Source: a virus
Reading direction: 5' to 3' (one strand)
DNA: 64,000 nucleotides
UHGV virus genome: UHGV-0277313
Under the pieces are notes generated by a model. It was not told where the DNA came from and searched no databases. It was given only the letters and a program-made list of their open reading frames with translations. Below, in pieces: positions 24,934 through 33,886 of the stretch. Position numbers and translations under genes: made by a program. Position 1 is the first letter of the stretch, and every line of letters starts with the position of its first letter.

Positions 24934-26592
24934 ATGAAAAAAGCTATTTGTGAATTTTGCGGTAAAGAATATGAATATGATGAAAACAATATTCGTGTTC
25001 GTGAAGAAGGAAGAAAAGATTCGTATGATTCCTCGCGGTTTTGCTGTTTTCATTGTTTTTCAAAAGAACGTGTTAGAAAACAAAAAGAGACTCTATCTAA
25101 AAGATTGGGATACGAAGTAACCAGTACATTTCATCTTCCAGGAGTTCAAGAAAAAGCTCAAGCCACTAGTCTGAAAAGATACGGTACAAAATTCGGCGTG
25201 TGTTCAAAACAGTCCGTAGAAAAAAGAAGAAAAACGTGTAAAGAACGTTACGGATTTGAAATGCCGTTGCAGAATAAAGAAATTAAACAAAAGACGTATG
25301 ATTCAAATATAAAGAATCATAACGGTACGTATCACTTGCAAACCGAAGAAGTACGCGAAAAGTGTGCTGAAGGTCATCGTACTGATGAATATAGGGAAAA
25401 AGCAAGAAGATTGTTTGATGTTAAATCGAAACATACAGAGTTTGTTGAAAAGTATGGTGTAAGCAATCCTTTTCAATTAGAGTTTGTAAAAGAAAAAAGT
25501 AAAGAAACGTTGCTGAAAAAATACGGTGTTGAAAATATTTCTAAAGATGTTTGTACTTTAGAAAAACGTAGCAATACTCGTATGCTTAATGAAGCAATAA
25601 ATGTTGACAACTTAACAAAAGATTATTTGGAAGAAAATTTTGTTAAAGAAGAAAAGTTTCAATTAAAAGAAGCAGCGGATTATTTTAATGTAACATTGTT
25701 TGCAATGGATTCGTTTAAACAGCAGTTGGATATTGTTATTCCAAATGAAGAAAAGAAGAATAATACATTAGAAACAGAATTCTTTAATTTTATTTCTTCT
25801 TTAACTGATAAAGAGATTATAAGAAATACTAGAAATGTTATTTCGCCTTTGGAGTTGGATATTTATATTCCTACAATGAATCTAGCTTTTGAGTTCAATG
25901 GTGATTATTGGCATAGTGAAAATTTTGGCAGAAGTAAATTTTATCATATTGAGAAAACAAAACAATGTGAGAAAAAAGGAATTCGTTTAATTCATATTTG
26001 GGAACATGAATGGTTAAAAAATGATGAAAAGATCAAACTATTTATCAAAAGTCTTTTTGTTAAACGAGAAAAGATTCGAGCAAGTCAATGTGTGATCAAA
26101 GATCTATCGACAGAGGAGTTTGATAAATTTGCTGATAAATATCATTTGTTAGGTGCAACGTCAACTACAGCTGTTAAGTTTGGTTTGTTTTATGATGATA
26201 CTTTAGTTTCAGCAATAGGTTTGTCTTTTGATAGTAAACATGAATTCTGGAACTTGAAGCGTTACATTATTGGAGAATACCAAGTAATGGGTGGGTTTGA
26301 AAAATTATTTAAATATTTTATTGAAAAATACAATCCGGATAAAATTATTACTTTTGTTGAGTTGTCTAAATTTAAAGGTGATGTAAACTTTAAAAATGGT
26401 TTTGTATTAGATAAGGAATTAGCACCAGATTTCTTTTGGGTTATTAATGATGTCCGTGTAGATAAATGGACAGCATGGAGACAGTTTAAAGAAAGTGATG
26501 AAAATACCGCAGAGTATCAAAAAAAGATGAAAACTTTTGCATTAAAATGTTATGATGCAGGAAAAAGACGGTTAATTTGGAATAAAAGTTAA
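24934..26592 (+). CDS. free-standing homing-endonuclease-like protein, paralog 1: N-terminal zinc finger, tandem KxYGVxxP repeats, Vsr-like PD-(D/E)xK nuclease core, conserved C-terminal domain (553 aa)
   Basis: CEFCGK...CCFHCF zinc finger. Repeats LKRYGTKFGV / KERYGFEMPLQ / EKYGVSNPFQ / KKYGVENISK. Nuclease core ISPLELDIYIPTMNLAFEFNGDYWHSE matches the Vsr/DUF559 pattern (D-I-x-x-P...A-I-F/E-x-D/N-G-x-x-W-H). Start set at ATG 24934 (SD AAGGTG) rather than the caller's GTG at 24925. Confidence 0.6.
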   Translation: MKKAICEFCGKEYEYDENNIRVREEGRKDSYDSSRFCCFHCFSKERVRKQKETLSKRLGYEVTSTFHLPGVQEKAQATSLKRYGTKFGVCSKQSVEKRRKTCKERYGFEMPLQNKEIKQKTYDSNIKNHNGTYHLQTEEVREKCAEGHRTDEYREKARRLFDVKSKHTEFVEKYGVSNPFQLEFVKEKSKETLLKKYGVENISKDVCTLEKRSNTRMLNEAINVDNLTKDYLEENFVKEEKFQLKEAADYFNVTLFAMDSFKQQLDIVIPNEEKKNNTLETEFFNFISSLTDKEIIRNTRNVISPLELDIYIPTMNLAFEFNGDYWHSENFGRSKFYHIEKTKQCEKKGIRLIHIWEHEWLKNDEKIKLFIKSLFVKREKIRASQCVIKDLSTEEFDKFADKYHLLGATSTTAVKFGLFYDDTLVSAIGLSFDSKHEFWNLKRYIIGEYQVMGGFEKLFKYFIEKYNPDKIITFVELSKFKGDVNFKNGFVLDKELAPDFFWVINDVRVDKWTAWRQFKESDENTAEYQKKMKTFALKCYDAGKRRLIWNKS

Positions 26593-26623
26593 TTCATTAA
26601 TATTCTTGTAACTATTAATAAAT

Positions 26624-26660
26624 AAAGCGATTGACGTGATTGTTGGTCGCTTTATTTTTA
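26624..26660 (+). terminator. probable rho-independent terminator after HEG paralog 1
   Basis: AAAGCGA ... TCGCTTT stem with a 16-nt loop, followed by ATTTTTATTT. Confidence 0.4.
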
Positions 26661-26849
26661 TTTAAAATAACTTTTTTAACTTTTTTATATTTTTTGTACT
26701 TAATTACTTGTTCTTAAATTTCAGATAGTTAAGTCTATCATTCATTTTCCTATTCGCGGCGTTATTCGGTTAACATTTCTATCACTTTCTCTATACGTTT
26801 TTGTATAGGGTATTTAATCGTTTAATAAACCTTGATTAGGAGAATTATA

Positions 26850-28346
26850 ATGGGTTTTTTCCAAACAATTAACGAATCTGTTGCCGAAAAAGCGGCTCTA
26901 ACAGAAAGCCAGACAGTTGCTCGTGGTAAACGTGCTCTAGCTGAACATGCCGATTGGAAAGGCCGTTTCTCTAAATTGGAAGCGATGATGGAATCTGCCG
27001 ATGCTGCCGAAGCGAAAAAAGCTAGTGTTACAGCGCAGGTTATGTCAAATCTGTCCAATTTGATGGAACGCCAGAAAGAATATTACACTGAAGCGACATT
27101 CACTTCAATGTTAGGACCTATGGCTATGTTAACCCCGCGCGTTTTGGACATCGTTGGCGTGTTCTATCCAAACATGATTGCGCACCTGATTACAGACATC
27201 CAGGTTATGGATCGTTCAACAGGTGAAATCTTCGTTCTGCGCCCTCGCTATGGTTCTGACGCTGCTGGTGTTACAGCTGGTCAGGAAATGTGGGTTAATC
27301 AGACAGACGGAACCTATGCTTCTGAATATCGTTCAGCTTCTGCGAACGGTGGTGAAACAGACGGGACCACAACCGAATTTGCGGTTTCTGGTTTGACAGC
27401 TTCTGGTGGTCCTTTGCGTCGTGGTTCAGTTACCATTAAATTGGCTGGCATTGTTGTTGGTCGTGATGACGCTCATGGCATCATGGTTGGTAAAGATCGT
27501 GAAGGTCATGTTGTTTCCGGTACAGTTGATTATGACGCTGGTGACATTACAGTTGCTTTCTCTGCCGCTCCTTCAGCTGGCAAGAGCATTATGATCGACG
27601 CGTATGTTGATTCAGAAGAAGATCCTTCTTTGATCAATGAAGTCAACTTTGACATTCAGGCTGTTCCTGTTACAGCCCGTGCGCATCCTTTGCGTTACAC
27701 TGTTTCTGCCCAGGCGACATTGGTTGCTTCAGCGCACCTTGACGTTGATGTCAATGAAGTTCTGACAAACATTGCTGCTGGCGCGATCAAACAGGAACGT
27801 GACGTTGCTCTGGTCAACATGTTGGTTGCTGCTGCGACACATCTGGATACTCTCGACTTCGACCTGGCTGATGCTACAGTCAACTATCGTAACAAACGCG
27901 ATCGTTTCGCTGATATCGAACTGAAAGTCAACGAAGCCCAGACGAAGATTCAGACCGTTGCTGGCCGTGGTGGCGTTTCCTTCATTGTTGCTGGTGCGAA
28001 TGCTGCGAACTGCTTCCGTTTGGTTGAAGGTTTCGAAGCGGCTCCTGAAGCGACAAATGCGACAGTTGGTCCTTACAAGATGGGTGCTATTCGCAATGGT
28101 ACCGTTCCTGTTATCTGCGTTCCTATTTCCCGTACTCTGAAAGCTGACGATTTCGTTATCGGATTCCGTGGCTTCCAGGCTGGTGATAGCGCGACAGTGT
28201 TGGCGGAATGGATTCCTTTGTATTTCACCCCATTGTTCGAAGCCCCCAATTTACAGAATAAACGTGGTCTGATGAGTTTGTACGACATGTTGACAAACCG
28301 TCCTGAATACCTCGTTTCTGGTAAAGTTAAAGGCTATAACGCTTAA
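26850..28346 (+). CDS. 23: major capsid protein (T4 gp23-like), 498 aa
   Basis: GPMAMLTPRVLDIVGVFYPNMIAHLITDIQVMDRSTGEIFVLRPRYGSD parallels the T4 gp23 IGPAVMGMVRRAIPNLIAFDICGVQPMNSPTGQVFALRAVYGKD. GRGGVSFIVAGANAANCF parallels GRGEGNFIIASRNVVNVL. AGGAGA SD at 26838-26843. Markedly higher GC and optimal-codon usage than the surrounding DNA. Confidence 0.85.
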   Translation: MGFFQTINESVAEKAALTESQTVARGKRALAEHADWKGRFSKLEAMMESADAAEAKKASVTAQVMSNLSNLMERQKEYYTEATFTSMLGPMAMLTPRVLDIVGVFYPNMIAHLITDIQVMDRSTGEIFVLRPRYGSDAAGVTAGQEMWVNQTDGTYASEYRSASANGGETDGTTTEFAVSGLTASGGPLRRGSVTIKLAGIVVGRDDAHGIMVGKDREGHVVSGTVDYDAGDITVAFSAAPSAGKSIMIDAYVDSEEDPSLINEVNFDIQAVPVTARAHPLRYTVSAQATLVASAHLDVDVNEVLTNIAAGAIKQERDVALVNMLVAAATHLDTLDFDLADATVNYRNKRDRFADIELKVNEAQTKIQTVAGRGGVSFIVAGANAANCFRLVEGFEAAPEATNATVGPYKMGAIRNGTVPVICVPISRTLKADDFVIGFRGFQAGDSATVLAEWIPLYFTPLFEAPNLQNKRGLMSLYDMLTNRPEYLVSGKVKGYNA

Positions 28347-28365
28347 TTTAATTAAGTGTTATAAA

Positions 28366-28403
28366 GGAAGCGGAAGCAAGAAATTGCTTCCGCTTTTCTT
28401 TTG
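28366..28403 (+). terminator. strong rho-independent terminator after the major capsid gene
   Basis: GGAAGCGGAAGC-aagaaatt-GCTTCCGCTT followed by TTCTTTTGTTTG. Confidence 0.8.
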
Positions 28404-28406
28404 TTT

Positions 28407-28416
28407 GTGATACAAT
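28407..28416 (+). promoter_or_regulatory. candidate extended -10 promoter element (TGaTACAAT) for HEG paralog 2
   Basis: gTGATACAAT. The same TGATACAAT element precedes paralog 3 at 30297-30305. Confidence 0.3.
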
Positions 28417-28434
28417 TAATTTAGTTATTTTATT

Positions 28435-30264
28435 TTGAGGAAATTTATTTTGAATAGTAATTGGCAAGATGAGTTAAGAAAATTTTTCACTGAATATGAT
28501 TTTTCTGGATTTGTTTTGGAAATCAATAGTGGAAAAGAGTTTCAGTTTGGCAGTATCAGTCAAAATAAAAAGTTATTTTTAAATGTACAAAAAGAGTTGT
28601 CAAATTATTTTTCAAAACCTGGTGATTTAGGTGCATGTTTACTTTACCTAAAAGATCATTCAATAGATGAGTTGCTTAACAAATTAGAATGTCCAGTTTG
28701 TCATAAATTTAATGGTGTGTTTAGATTCAACAGACAACGTTGTGATGAGCATGTTTTTTGTTCAAGAGATTGTCGATATTCGTTAAAAGGTAAAACTTTA
28801 TTGATGAATCGATATAAAGAGAAAACAGGGTACGATAGTCCATATAGCAACCCAAAAGTTCAACAGAAACGAAAAGAGAACTTTTTGAGGAACTATGGTG
28901 TTGAATCGCCTATGCAAGTAGAAGAGTTTAAGAAAAGAAATATAGAAAGCAATAGAAACAATCACTGTGGTCTTCTAGCATGTCAGACTGAAGAAGTTAA
29001 GTTAAAAATAAAAGAAACGAATTTAAAGAATCACCATGGTGTGTTTAATTTGCAATTACCTGAAACAAAAGAAAAGTTAATTAAGCTGTCAAATGAACGA
29101 TATGGTGTAGATTTTCCTATAGCGAATAGTGACATCAGAAACAGACAGGAAAGGTTTTACGATGGTGTTGGTTTAGCATCATATATAATTAGAAAGAAAG
29201 CAGAAGAAACGTTTGGTGGGCCTTTAAACGGGTCTAATCCAATTATTTTTGAAAAGATGAAACAAACGGTAGAAAACAAAACAGGAAAGAGTTTTGAAGA
29301 AGCTGTTACTGAAAACATGCAACGTGGTTTAAAAGAAAAGTTTGGTGATGAAATAGGTTTTGCCAATGAAAAGATTGCAGCTAAAATTCAGAAACAGGTT
29401 GTTGAAAAATTTAACGTTCCTTATTTTTGTTTAACTGATAAATGTAGACAGGCAAATAAAAAGACAATTTCAAAAAGAAATGTGATGTTTGCCGAAAAGT
29501 TGAGAAAGTTAGGTTATGAAGTTGGTTTAGATTCGGTAAAGCTTGAGACTTTTTCATACGATATCTGTTTGGAAAAAGAAAAGATTTTGATAGAAATAGA
29601 TCCATCTTTTACACATAATTCGACAAGAAACCCGTTTGGTTCTGTACGGTTACCAGATTATCATTTAAGGAAATCTGAAGTTGCAAGAAGGTTTGGTTAT
29701 AGGTGCATTCACATTTTTGATTGGGATGATGAAAAAAAAGTTTTAGGTTTATTTGAAAAGAGCGAAAGAATCTATGCTAGAAAGTGTGAAGTTAGGGTAG
29801 TTGATTTTGAAAGTTGTTCAGAATTCTTAAATCGCTATAGTTTAACGAATTGTTTAACAAAAGAAGATGTTTGTTTATGTTTGTTTTATAATGAACTATT
29901 AGTTCAAATTATGGTTTTTGGAAAACCTAGAAAAGATAAAGACATTCAATATGAATTGTTGCATTTTTGTAGCAGAAAAGGTTTTAGAATCATTGGTGGT
30001 GTAAGCAGGTTATTCAGCTATTTCAAAAATAAATTTAAACCTGAATCATTAGTTTCATATTGTGATTTTTCAAAATTTGAAGGAGCTGTTTATGAAATTT
30101 TAGGGTTTCATAAAGTTGACGAATTGATACCAGTTTGTCATCTATCCAAAAAGAAACAACAATTCATTATTGAAGATAGTTGTGAAAAGATAGATTTGAT
30201 AGAAAAAGGTTTTGTAGAAGTTTTTGATTGTGGCTATAAAAAATATTTGTTTTGTGTAAAATAA
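28435..30264 (+). CDS. free-standing homing-endonuclease-like protein, paralog 2 (about 605 aa): zinc finger, YG-repeats, PD-(D/E)xK-like core, conserved C-terminal domain
   Basis: CPVCHKF...CSRDCRY zinc finger. Repeats LRNYGVESPMQVEEFKKR / NERYGVDFPIANSDIR. Core YDICLEKEKILIEIDPSFTHN. C-terminal IYARKCEVRVVDFESCSEFLNRYSL...GKPRKDKDIQYELLHFCS...GGVSRLFSYF is shared with paralogs 1 and 3. No in-frame ATG near the 5' end. Probable start is TTG at 28435, or TTG at 28450, which has GAGGAAA SD 6 nt upstream. Confidence 0.55.
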   Translation: MRKFILNSNWQDELRKFFTEYDFSGFVLEINSGKEFQFGSISQNKKLFLNVQKELSNYFSKPGDLGACLLYLKDHSIDELLNKLECPVCHKFNGVFRFNRQRCDEHVFCSRDCRYSLKGKTLLMNRYKEKTGYDSPYSNPKVQQKRKENFLRNYGVESPMQVEEFKKRNIESNRNNHCGLLACQTEEVKLKIKETNLKNHHGVFNLQLPETKEKLIKLSNERYGVDFPIANSDIRNRQERFYDGVGLASYIIRKKAEETFGGPLNGSNPIIFEKMKQTVENKTGKSFEEAVTENMQRGLKEKFGDEIGFANEKIAAKIQKQVVEKFNVPYFCLTDKCRQANKKTISKRNVMFAEKLRKLGYEVGLDSVKLETFSYDICLEKEKILIEIDPSFTHNSTRNPFGSVRLPDYHLRKSEVARRFGYRCIHIFDWDDEKKVLGLFEKSERIYARKCEVRVVDFESCSEFLNRYSLTNCLTKEDVCLCLFYNELLVQIMVFGKPRKDKDIQYELLHFCSRKGFRIIGGVSRLFSYFKNKFKPESLVSYCDFSKFEGAVYEILGFHKVDELIPVCHLSKKKQQFIIEDSCEKIDLIEKGFVEVFDCGYKKYLFCVK

Positions 30265-30277
30265 ATTGAAAATTTTG

Positions 30278-30305
30278 TTGACATTTATTGTGTTTATGAT
30301 ACAAT
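30278..30305 (+). promoter_or_regulatory. sigma70-type promoter (with TG-extended -10) for HEG paralog 3
   Basis: TTGACA (30278-30283), 16 nt, TACAAT (30300-30305), with TG at 30297-30298. Confidence 0.45.
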
Positions 30306-30335
30306 ATGATTATATATTGTAAGAGGTTTTTTGTA

Positions 30336-32153
30336 ATGTATAGTATTAAAGATATTGATGCTTCTCGTTTAAGAAGGGATTATTCTAAATATCCTTTAAT
30401 TGATGATGAGTATATTACAAAAGAAGAGTTTGAATATCTGTATTTAGAAGTGAATTTGTCTTTTGAAGAGATTGATATTTATTTGCAATCAAGACCTGGT
30501 ACTGCATTAAATAAAAACAGAAGAAAACCGAATGCAAAGAATTCTAATAAGTTTGGTTTAAAAAAAACAAGTGCATTAATTGCTGCTAAAATGAGAAATG
30601 CAACGTTTGACAGATATGGTGTAACAACGCCTTTTGCTTTAAATGAAGTAAAAGAAAAGGTTGTACTGTTGAATAAAGAAAGAATGCGGGATAAAGAAAA
30701 ACGCGATCAGATTGTTAAGAAAATAAAAGAAACGACTTTAAAACGTTTTGGTGTTGATAATGCAATGAAATGTAAAGAGGTGTATGAGAAGGGTGCCAAA
30801 AAGAGAGTTGAGTTATATGGAACTTGCAACAATAATGAAAAAATAAAAAAGACAAAATTTGAACGTTATGGGGATAGTGGGTATTTAAATAAAGAGAAAG
30901 CAAAAGAAACATTAAAGAATAATTTTGGTGTAGAGTCGCCTTTTGAATCGGTTGAAATTAAAAATAAAGCGATGGAATCTGTTAAAGAAAAATATGGTGT
31001 TGATAATGTTTTTAAGCTGAAAGAGTTTCAGAAAAAAGCAAAAGATGTAATTTTTGAAAGATATGGCGTTGATAAATTTTCTTTAACAGGTGTTCAGCAC
31101 CCTGAAAACTATAATAAAGATTTTATTGAAAAGAATTTTATAGAAGGTGGGTATTTTAAAATAGAAGAAGCATTGAGTTATTTTAATGTAAACAGATCGT
31201 CAATGGATTCTTTTAAGCGCAGAAATAATATCATTATTCCAAATAAACATGAAAAACATCAAATGCAAAATCAGATTTATGAATTTATTAAATCGATATA
31301 TGCAGGTAATGTTATTTGTGATACAAGAAAGGTTATTTCACCTTTAGAGTTGGACATTTATATTCCTGATTTAAGAATAGCAATAGAGTTTGATGGTTTG
31401 ATGTTTCATTCAGTATCGACTATTGAGGAAGATAGATCGTTGCGAGGTGAAATTATGATGAAAGACTATCATAAAGTCAAAACTGACATGTGTGAAGAAT
31501 TAGGAATTAAACTTTTTCACATTTTTGAGAATGAATGGTTAGATTTAAATAAGCAAGCTATTTGGAAGTCAGTCATTAGAAATGCAATTGTTCAAGATAA
31601 TTATATTTATGCAAGAAATTGTGTTGTAAAAAATGTAGATAAAACATTAAAGAAAAAGTTTTTGGAAGAAAATCATTTACAGGGTGATTGCATTTCAGAA
31701 ATTAATTTAGGTTTGTTTTATAATGATGAATTAGTGTCATTGATGTCTTTTGGCAAACCAAGATTTTCTAAAAAATATGATTATGAATTGTTGCGATTTT
31801 GTACTAAATTAAATTTGCAAGTTCGTTTTGCCGCGTCAAAATTGTTAAGTCATTTTAAAAAATTGATGAATACAAATACAAATTTAGTGTCGTATGCAAA
31901 CAGACGTTGGTCGAATGGACATTTGTATGAATCATTGTGTTTTGAAAAGCAGAATACAAAAGTTGAGCCTTCATATTTCTATTTTCGAAATAGTGAGAAA
32001 ATTCTATTTAGTCGAATTAAGTTTCAAAAGGGAAAGTTGAAAAATCTTTTAGAAAGTTTTGATGAAAGTTTATCTGAATCTGAAAATATGTTCAACAATG
32101 GTTTTAGAAAGATTTATGATTCAGGTTCATTAACATATTGCTTGAAACTATAG
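30336..32153 (+). CDS. free-standing homing-endonuclease-like protein, paralog 3 (605 aa): at least 7 tandem RYGVxxPF repeats, Vsr-like nuclease core, conserved C-terminal domain
   Basis: Repeats FDRYGVTTPFALNEVKEK, LKRFGVDNAMKCKEVYEK, FERYGDSGYLNKEKAKET, NNFGVESPFESVEIKNK, KEKYGVDNVFKLKEFQKK and FERYGVDKFSLTGV. Core ISPLELDIYIPDLRIAIEFDGLMFHS. C-terminal IYARNCVVKNVDKTLKKKFLEENHLQG...GLFYNDELVSLMSFGKPRFSKKYDYELLRFCT...ASKLLSHF. ATG 30336 with AAGAGG SD. Confidence 0.6.
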   Translation: MYSIKDIDASRLRRDYSKYPLIDDEYITKEEFEYLYLEVNLSFEEIDIYLQSRPGTALNKNRRKPNAKNSNKFGLKKTSALIAAKMRNATFDRYGVTTPFALNEVKEKVVLLNKERMRDKEKRDQIVKKIKETTLKRFGVDNAMKCKEVYEKGAKKRVELYGTCNNNEKIKKTKFERYGDSGYLNKEKAKETLKNNFGVESPFESVEIKNKAMESVKEKYGVDNVFKLKEFQKKAKDVIFERYGVDKFSLTGVQHPENYNKDFIEKNFIEGGYFKIEEALSYFNVNRSSMDSFKRRNNIIIPNKHEKHQMQNQIYEFIKSIYAGNVICDTRKVISPLELDIYIPDLRIAIEFDGLMFHSVSTIEEDRSLRGEIMMKDYHKVKTDMCEELGIKLFHIFENEWLDLNKQAIWKSVIRNAIVQDNYIYARNCVVKNVDKTLKKKFLEENHLQGDCISEINLGLFYNDELVSLMSFGKPRFSKKYDYELLRFCTKLNLQVRFAASKLLSHFKKLMNTNTNLVSYANRRWSNGHLYESLCFEKQNTKVEPSYFYFRNSEKILFSRIKFQKGKLKNLLESFDESLSESENMFNNGFRKIYDSGSLTYCLKL

Positions 32154-32194
32154 TAAAACTGTGTTCTATATTTAAAACAATAAAGGGTGAAGCG

Positions 32195-32713
32195 ATGCAA
32201 ACTTTTCGTGAATGTTTTTTAAATTATATGGAAGAAGCTTTTGAAGCTGATTTAAGTTTATCTGATTTAAAGATTGATAATATAGATAAAGTTGAAAAGT
32301 TTTTGAAAGACAAATTAGAGTTAGAAGGTCTTGAAAGATTTGAGGATGTTTTTCAAATATCTAATTCTTTAGACGAAGGTTTGCTTGACTCTTTAAGCAA
32401 TTATTTTAAAAATAATAAAAATGCTTTATTACTTGCAGCAGCATTGTCTATTTTAGGTTGGTCAATGTCTGATGTTGTAAAGAATTTTGTTGTTTTGTCT
32501 GTTACAAATTCGGCTTGTCGTTCATATGATTATAGTTTTAAATCGTGTCCTTATAGAAATGTAAAAGATTTGGCAAAAGAAGTCGATGAAAATAAAGATG
32601 CTGTTTTAAAAACTTTTGAGAAGATTGAAAATAAAGAAGACATTAATAAAGAAGATGTTGAACAATTTTTATCATGGCAGCAATTTATTGAAAAAGATTC
32701 AGTTTCTTCATAA
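32195..32713 (+). CDS. hypothetical protein (about 172 aa)
   Basis: The caller start is TTG 32138. An in-frame ATG at 32195 has AAGGGTGA SD. No motif recognised. Confidence 0.4.
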   Translation: MQTFRECFLNYMEEAFEADLSLSDLKIDNIDKVEKFLKDKLELEGLERFEDVFQISNSLDEGLLDSLSNYFKNNKNALLLAAALSILGWSMSDVVKNFVVLSVTNSACRSYDYSFKSCPYRNVKDLAKEVDENKDAVLKTFEKIENKEDINKEDVEQFLSWQQFIEKDSVSS

Positions 32714-33038
32714 AAATATTTAGGAAAATTGAAATCGTAAATAAAATTAACATTGAAGTTGTTGCAAAAAAAGCTTCGTGGCAATACAAAAGGATCCAAA
32801 TTGTAGAAGCTAAAAACGAAGTTTCAAACATTCGATCAAAAAAATTGATAGCAAAGTTTTTCTTATCTAGATAAACATTGAAAGCAACTAGTGTAAACAT
32901 AGCGATGAATGATTGAAAAGCTTCACGTAAAAAAGTTTTGGAATAAACTAAAGAAAACAATATTGCACCAATAAAGTAAATGAGCAAAATTGTGAAAATG
33001 ACATTAGCTATAAATTGTTCAAATTTGGTTTGTTTCAT
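32685..33038 (-). CDS. small multi-pass membrane protein (117 aa) on the opposite strand within the late block
   Basis: Hydrophobic segments FIANVIFTILLIYFIGAILFSLVY, FIAMFTLVAFNVYL and FLASTIWILLYCH...MLILFTISIFLNIFM. Candidate holin or superinfection-exclusion-type protein, or an AT-rich artefact. Confidence 0.35.
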   Translation of the reverse strand: MKQTKFEQFIANVIFTILLIYFIGAILFSLVYSKTFLREAFQSFIAMFTLVAFNVYLDKKNFAINFFDRMFETSFLASTIWILLYCHEAFFATTSMLILFTISIFLNIFMKKLNLFQ

Positions 33039-33164
33039 TTTATTTTCCTTTGCTTATATATGTATATTATAATATTGCGAAAGATTTGTCAATATAAAAA
33101 TTTTACTTAACTGTTTTATTGTTCTTTGGTTATCAATTTTATTCAAACTATTGGGGTAATCTAA

Positions 33165-33839
33165 ATGGTAGTGTATTTTCCTAAAAATGGTAAATCTGTT
33201 GTTGTTAACGGAATTCAGATTAAACGTCCTGGTTTACCTATGCAGTTTCCTGTAAAAGTTTATGAAAAGTTTGTTGAAAAGGGTCTTTTGGTTCGCCGTC
33301 CTCAAGATATGGATCCTATTTCACCTGAAGATTTACGTCGTCAAGTAGAGATGGCGCAAGAAGCGAAAAAACCTGTTTATATCCCTGAATCAACTGGTGG
33401 TGACGTATCTGGTGCCCCTGTACCAGCAGGAATTGGCGAAGATTATCCGTCTGCTTCATATAAAGATGAAAGTGGTGGTGATTTGGGTACAAATGAATAT
33501 GATTTACAATTGATTAATGAGTTACGTAAATTAGGTGTAGATACAGATAAAGTTTTAGCTGAAGCAAAAGCACAACAGAATGCCGAGACTGTTGTTAAAG
33601 AAGTTGTGGAAGAACCCGTTGTTGAAGAAACACATACAGGTGGTGTTTTTGCATCTTTTGTTGAAAAAGAAAATAAAGAAGAAGATTCAGGTTTGACTTA
33701 TGAAAAAGCATTATCTATGGTTAAATTAAACGAAGATGGTTCTTTTAAGTTAGGTAAAGATAGGACGTATGTATTAACACCTGGTGCAAAACCGTATTCA
33801 AAAGCAGAGATTTGTGCTGTTATTGATAAAGGTAAATAA
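33165..33839 (+). CDS. hypothetical head-module protein (224 aa)
   Basis: ORF with GGGGTAATC SD-like sequence upstream. Acidic central region. Confidence 0.45.
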   Translation: MVVYFPKNGKSVVVNGIQIKRPGLPMQFPVKVYEKFVEKGLLVRRPQDMDPISPEDLRRQVEMAQEAKKPVYIPESTGGDVSGAPVPAGIGEDYPSASYKDESGGDLGTNEYDLQLINELRKLGVDTDKVLAEAKAQQNAETVVKEVVEEPVVEETHTGGVFASFVEKENKEEDSGLTYEKALSMVKLNEDGSFKLGKDRTYVLTPGAKPYSKAEICAVIDKGK

Positions 33840-33886
33840 TAAAAGTTCATCTAAAGCAATCTAATTGTTTTGAAGAAAGATTTATC

